Assembly: GCA_024679065.1 (NCBI GenBank)
Contig: JAGIQG010000040.1
Span: 3,472,001-3,536,000, forward strand
Reading direction: 5' to 3'
DNA length: 64,000 nucleotides
From: Sphyrna mokarran
Taxonomy: Eukaryota
Notes under the pieces: generated by a model
Told to the model about the DNA's origin: nothing
Database searches by the model: none
Seen by the model: the letters and a program-made list of their open reading frames with translations, nothing else
Translations under genes and position numbers: made by a program
Part shown: positions 61,572-64,000 of the stretch, piece by piece
How the letters are laid out: each line of letters begins with the position of its first letter
How positions within the stretch are numbered: position 1 is the first letter of the stretch

Positions 61572-62979
61572 CTGTAAGGAAGGAAAATAAACACTAATGT
61601 ATACATCAAACTGTAGTCAAATTGCCAGTTTAATAGAATCAATAGTGAGATATGCTACTGCATCCTGTTTTGTACTGAAATAAGAAAAGATCAGAAAGGA
61701 GAAACAGGAAAGTCTGTGAAGATCTGGGAGAAGCAGATGTAAAAAAAAACATGAGAAGAGAGAGGAGGTAAGAATGATGTGGCACGCAAAGGTGATGGAG
61801 AGACCCAGAAGTAAAAGATTAGCTGATGGATAACTAGAGGAGCAAGAGGTAGCGTTTCTGTTATGGGTAGATAAGCGATAATTTCAAAGGAGTTTGAAGG
61901 GAAGAGCATGGAAGACATTATAAACTAAAGAGATAAGTTTTAAATCAGATGCAGGGCGGATACACAGATGATGGGCTAGGTTTGTCTATCACTCGAATCG
62001 GATTAATTCTCCAGTTTTGAAACCTACAATCTCATACTCACATAAGTCCGGCCATATGTTCATCTGGGAAAAACAGGGACGAGATAAGGGTGAATGCCCA
62101 ACTTTGTGTTGGTATGGGCTCGAGTTTAAACTCTGAAGAACTCAGGGGTGATTTAATCTGCCTCTTCACATAGAACGGCATTGGAGGCGCTATTTTACAT
62201 TGTTGAATACGACCCTACGTGACCACTAGATAAGAATTCTGATCTGTCAATTGTAAATACTTACAGGCATGCTGCTGATCGATGAGGCACTGTTGTGCTG
62301 TGGGAACTGGTTTATTAAGGACATTTCCCCTGCTGTGAAGAGTAGCTATTATTTCGTCCACACTTCAGCTCCATTACCACTCTAACATCTGTGTACCACG
62401 CTGTAATAATCATTAAATGTGCCCTGTTCAGATTCCAGTTCCTGTTTTAGTTTTGACTTGAATCTTGATTTAACTTATCTTTTCTCTCACAATTTCAAAG
62501 GCGAAATATTGTTCAGTCTCTGGGGCTTGTTTTCCTGCCCATCATTCAATTTTCCTCTTCTTTGCTTCTGACAGAGCTGCGAGAATAATCTGTGAATGGG
62601 AATGGACATGTCATATGCACTGTTTGGAAAATTTCCACATCCAGAGAAGTTGACGGAAACTTTGAACTTAATTGCCATGGATAACAATGCCTTTACCCTG
62701 ACATGAGGCTCCAAGTCTTGTTCAAGTAGGCAGAACAGATCAATGGCCATAGATTTGTTGAATCAGCATCGCTTGATGTCCTGGTCTTTGGTAACGTGAA
62801 AGTTGGCAAAAGCTGAGATTGATTTCCTCTCCATCTGCGCTTTGCAGAGCTTCTCCCCTGCAGCGCTTGTTCTGTTTGTTGGTCATGTTGAATCCCGAGA
62901 TCTACTGAATTTGCATTTCAGATATGTTACCGAGAACTGAGTCAAAATATCCTCTAACAGGAACGCATGAATGCAACAG

Positions 62980-64000
62980 CTCACAGCACAACATCCAGAA
63001 AGCCATACGCAGCAGCTTCATTAACTTTCTCGCAACATAACGGGATCGATAAGCAAAAGGTTAAGTAACCGTTTGCTGGAATATGGGGAATGGAGACGGC
63101 AATCAGAATTATTTGGTCGGATGGAGCCATGGAGGAATTTAACTGCAAGCATGAGAATAATAAAAAGGAATTTCTGCCTAAAGGAAACAATTGTAGGCCA
63201 GAGAGCAGAGGAATAATGGTGAGCACAAATTGTGGGTTAAGGTGCAGACAGTTTTTGTTGACCTGCCATTCATGAACATGTGGAACTGGAGTAATATGGG
63301 TAGGATAACATTAAAATGGGTCAAATCAGATCAGTCAAGATAGTCATTTGGAGGATGTCACAGAATGTTTCTGCGATAGTTTGTTTCAACAGTATGCAAT
63401 GGAACCTACGAGGGAGCAAGCTATCCTAAATCTGGTCCTATGCAATGAGCCAGGAATAGTTAAGGATTTTACAGTTAGTGTTTTTCTCGGCAGAAGCGAT
63501 CACAGTATTGTTGAATTTAAAATACAGATACAAAGTAAAATCCAGTAACTTGTACTTAAACAAAGGAGTCTACGTTGGGATGAGGGAAGAGTTGGTGAAG
63601 GTAGCCTAAGAGCAAAAACTTTAATGTAGGATAGTTGAGAAACAGTGGAGAATCTTAAAAGCGATTTTTCATAGTGCAAACATTTATACTAGTGATAAGG
63701 AGGGACAAGAGGAAATAGATAACCAGCCATGAATTTCTAAGGGAATAAAGGAGGGTGTCAGATTGAAAGAAAATGCATACAAATTGGCAAAGATTAGTGG
63801 AAAACTAGAGAATTAGGATTTCTTTAAAGATCAACAGAAAGCCAGGAAAAAATACTACAAAGCAAAGTAAGATGGATAATGAGAGTAAACTAGCCCCGAA
63901 TGTCAAAAGAGACAGCAGACATTTCTACAAATATCTAAACGAAAAAAAAGTGGCCAGAGTAAACATCGGTCCTTCAGGGTATGAGAAGGGAGATGTAATA
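62980..64000 (+). mobile_element. Decayed CR1 LINE endonuclease/tether region, in the GPCR #2 intron
   Basis: QQYAMEPTREQAILNLVLCNEPG..LGRSDHSIVEF is the APE endonuclease C-terminal motif. Confidence 0.85.

Noticed and set aside
62255-62330. Minus-strand donor cct|gtaagt as exon 1 of GPCR #2
   Set aside because: Upstream sequence does not encode the YYPxLxxxGVP TM1 start seen in GPCR #1; exon 1 is probably beyond the window
1-64000. CRISPR arrays, operons or prokaryotic defence systems
   Set aside because: Spliced genes, RSSs and vertebrate LINEs/SINEs show shark nuclear DNA; no repeat-spacer array seen

Overview
Eukaryotic genomic DNA from a cartilaginous fish (shark), not prokaryotic, and no CRISPR array was seen. 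The core is one complete, unrearranged cluster-type immunoglobulin M heavy-chain gene on the minus strand (~20.1-40.1 kb): leader-VH-D1-D2-JH-Cmu1-Cmu2-Cmu3-Cmu4/secretory tail-TM1-TM2. All exons are open and splice phases match. It is flanked by two GPR139/GPR142-like orphan class A GPCR genes (15501-17909 +, and 60670-61571 - with exon 1 not found) and by a decaying tRNA gene cluster (Val x4, Thr, Lys, Glu, Cys) in the first 13.4 kb. The rest is CR1/L2, Tx1 and Penelope retroelements, HE1-type SINEs and long simple-sequence tracts. Main oddities: (i) the 5' RSS of D2 has a spacer collapsed to 2 nt, which should block normal VDJ assembly; (ii) the light-chain-linking Cys of Cmu1 is Tyr, and a Cmu2 Cys appears replaced by Trp; (iii) a 20-bp tandem repeat carrying GAGCTGGGG on the non-template strand sits ~1 kb upstream of Cmu1, resembling a miniature switch region; (iv) a possible vestigial second membrane/tail exon lies just behind the secretory tail. 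All calls were made by eye without database searches; comparisons to other species rely on recalled sequences, and repeat boundaries are approximate.
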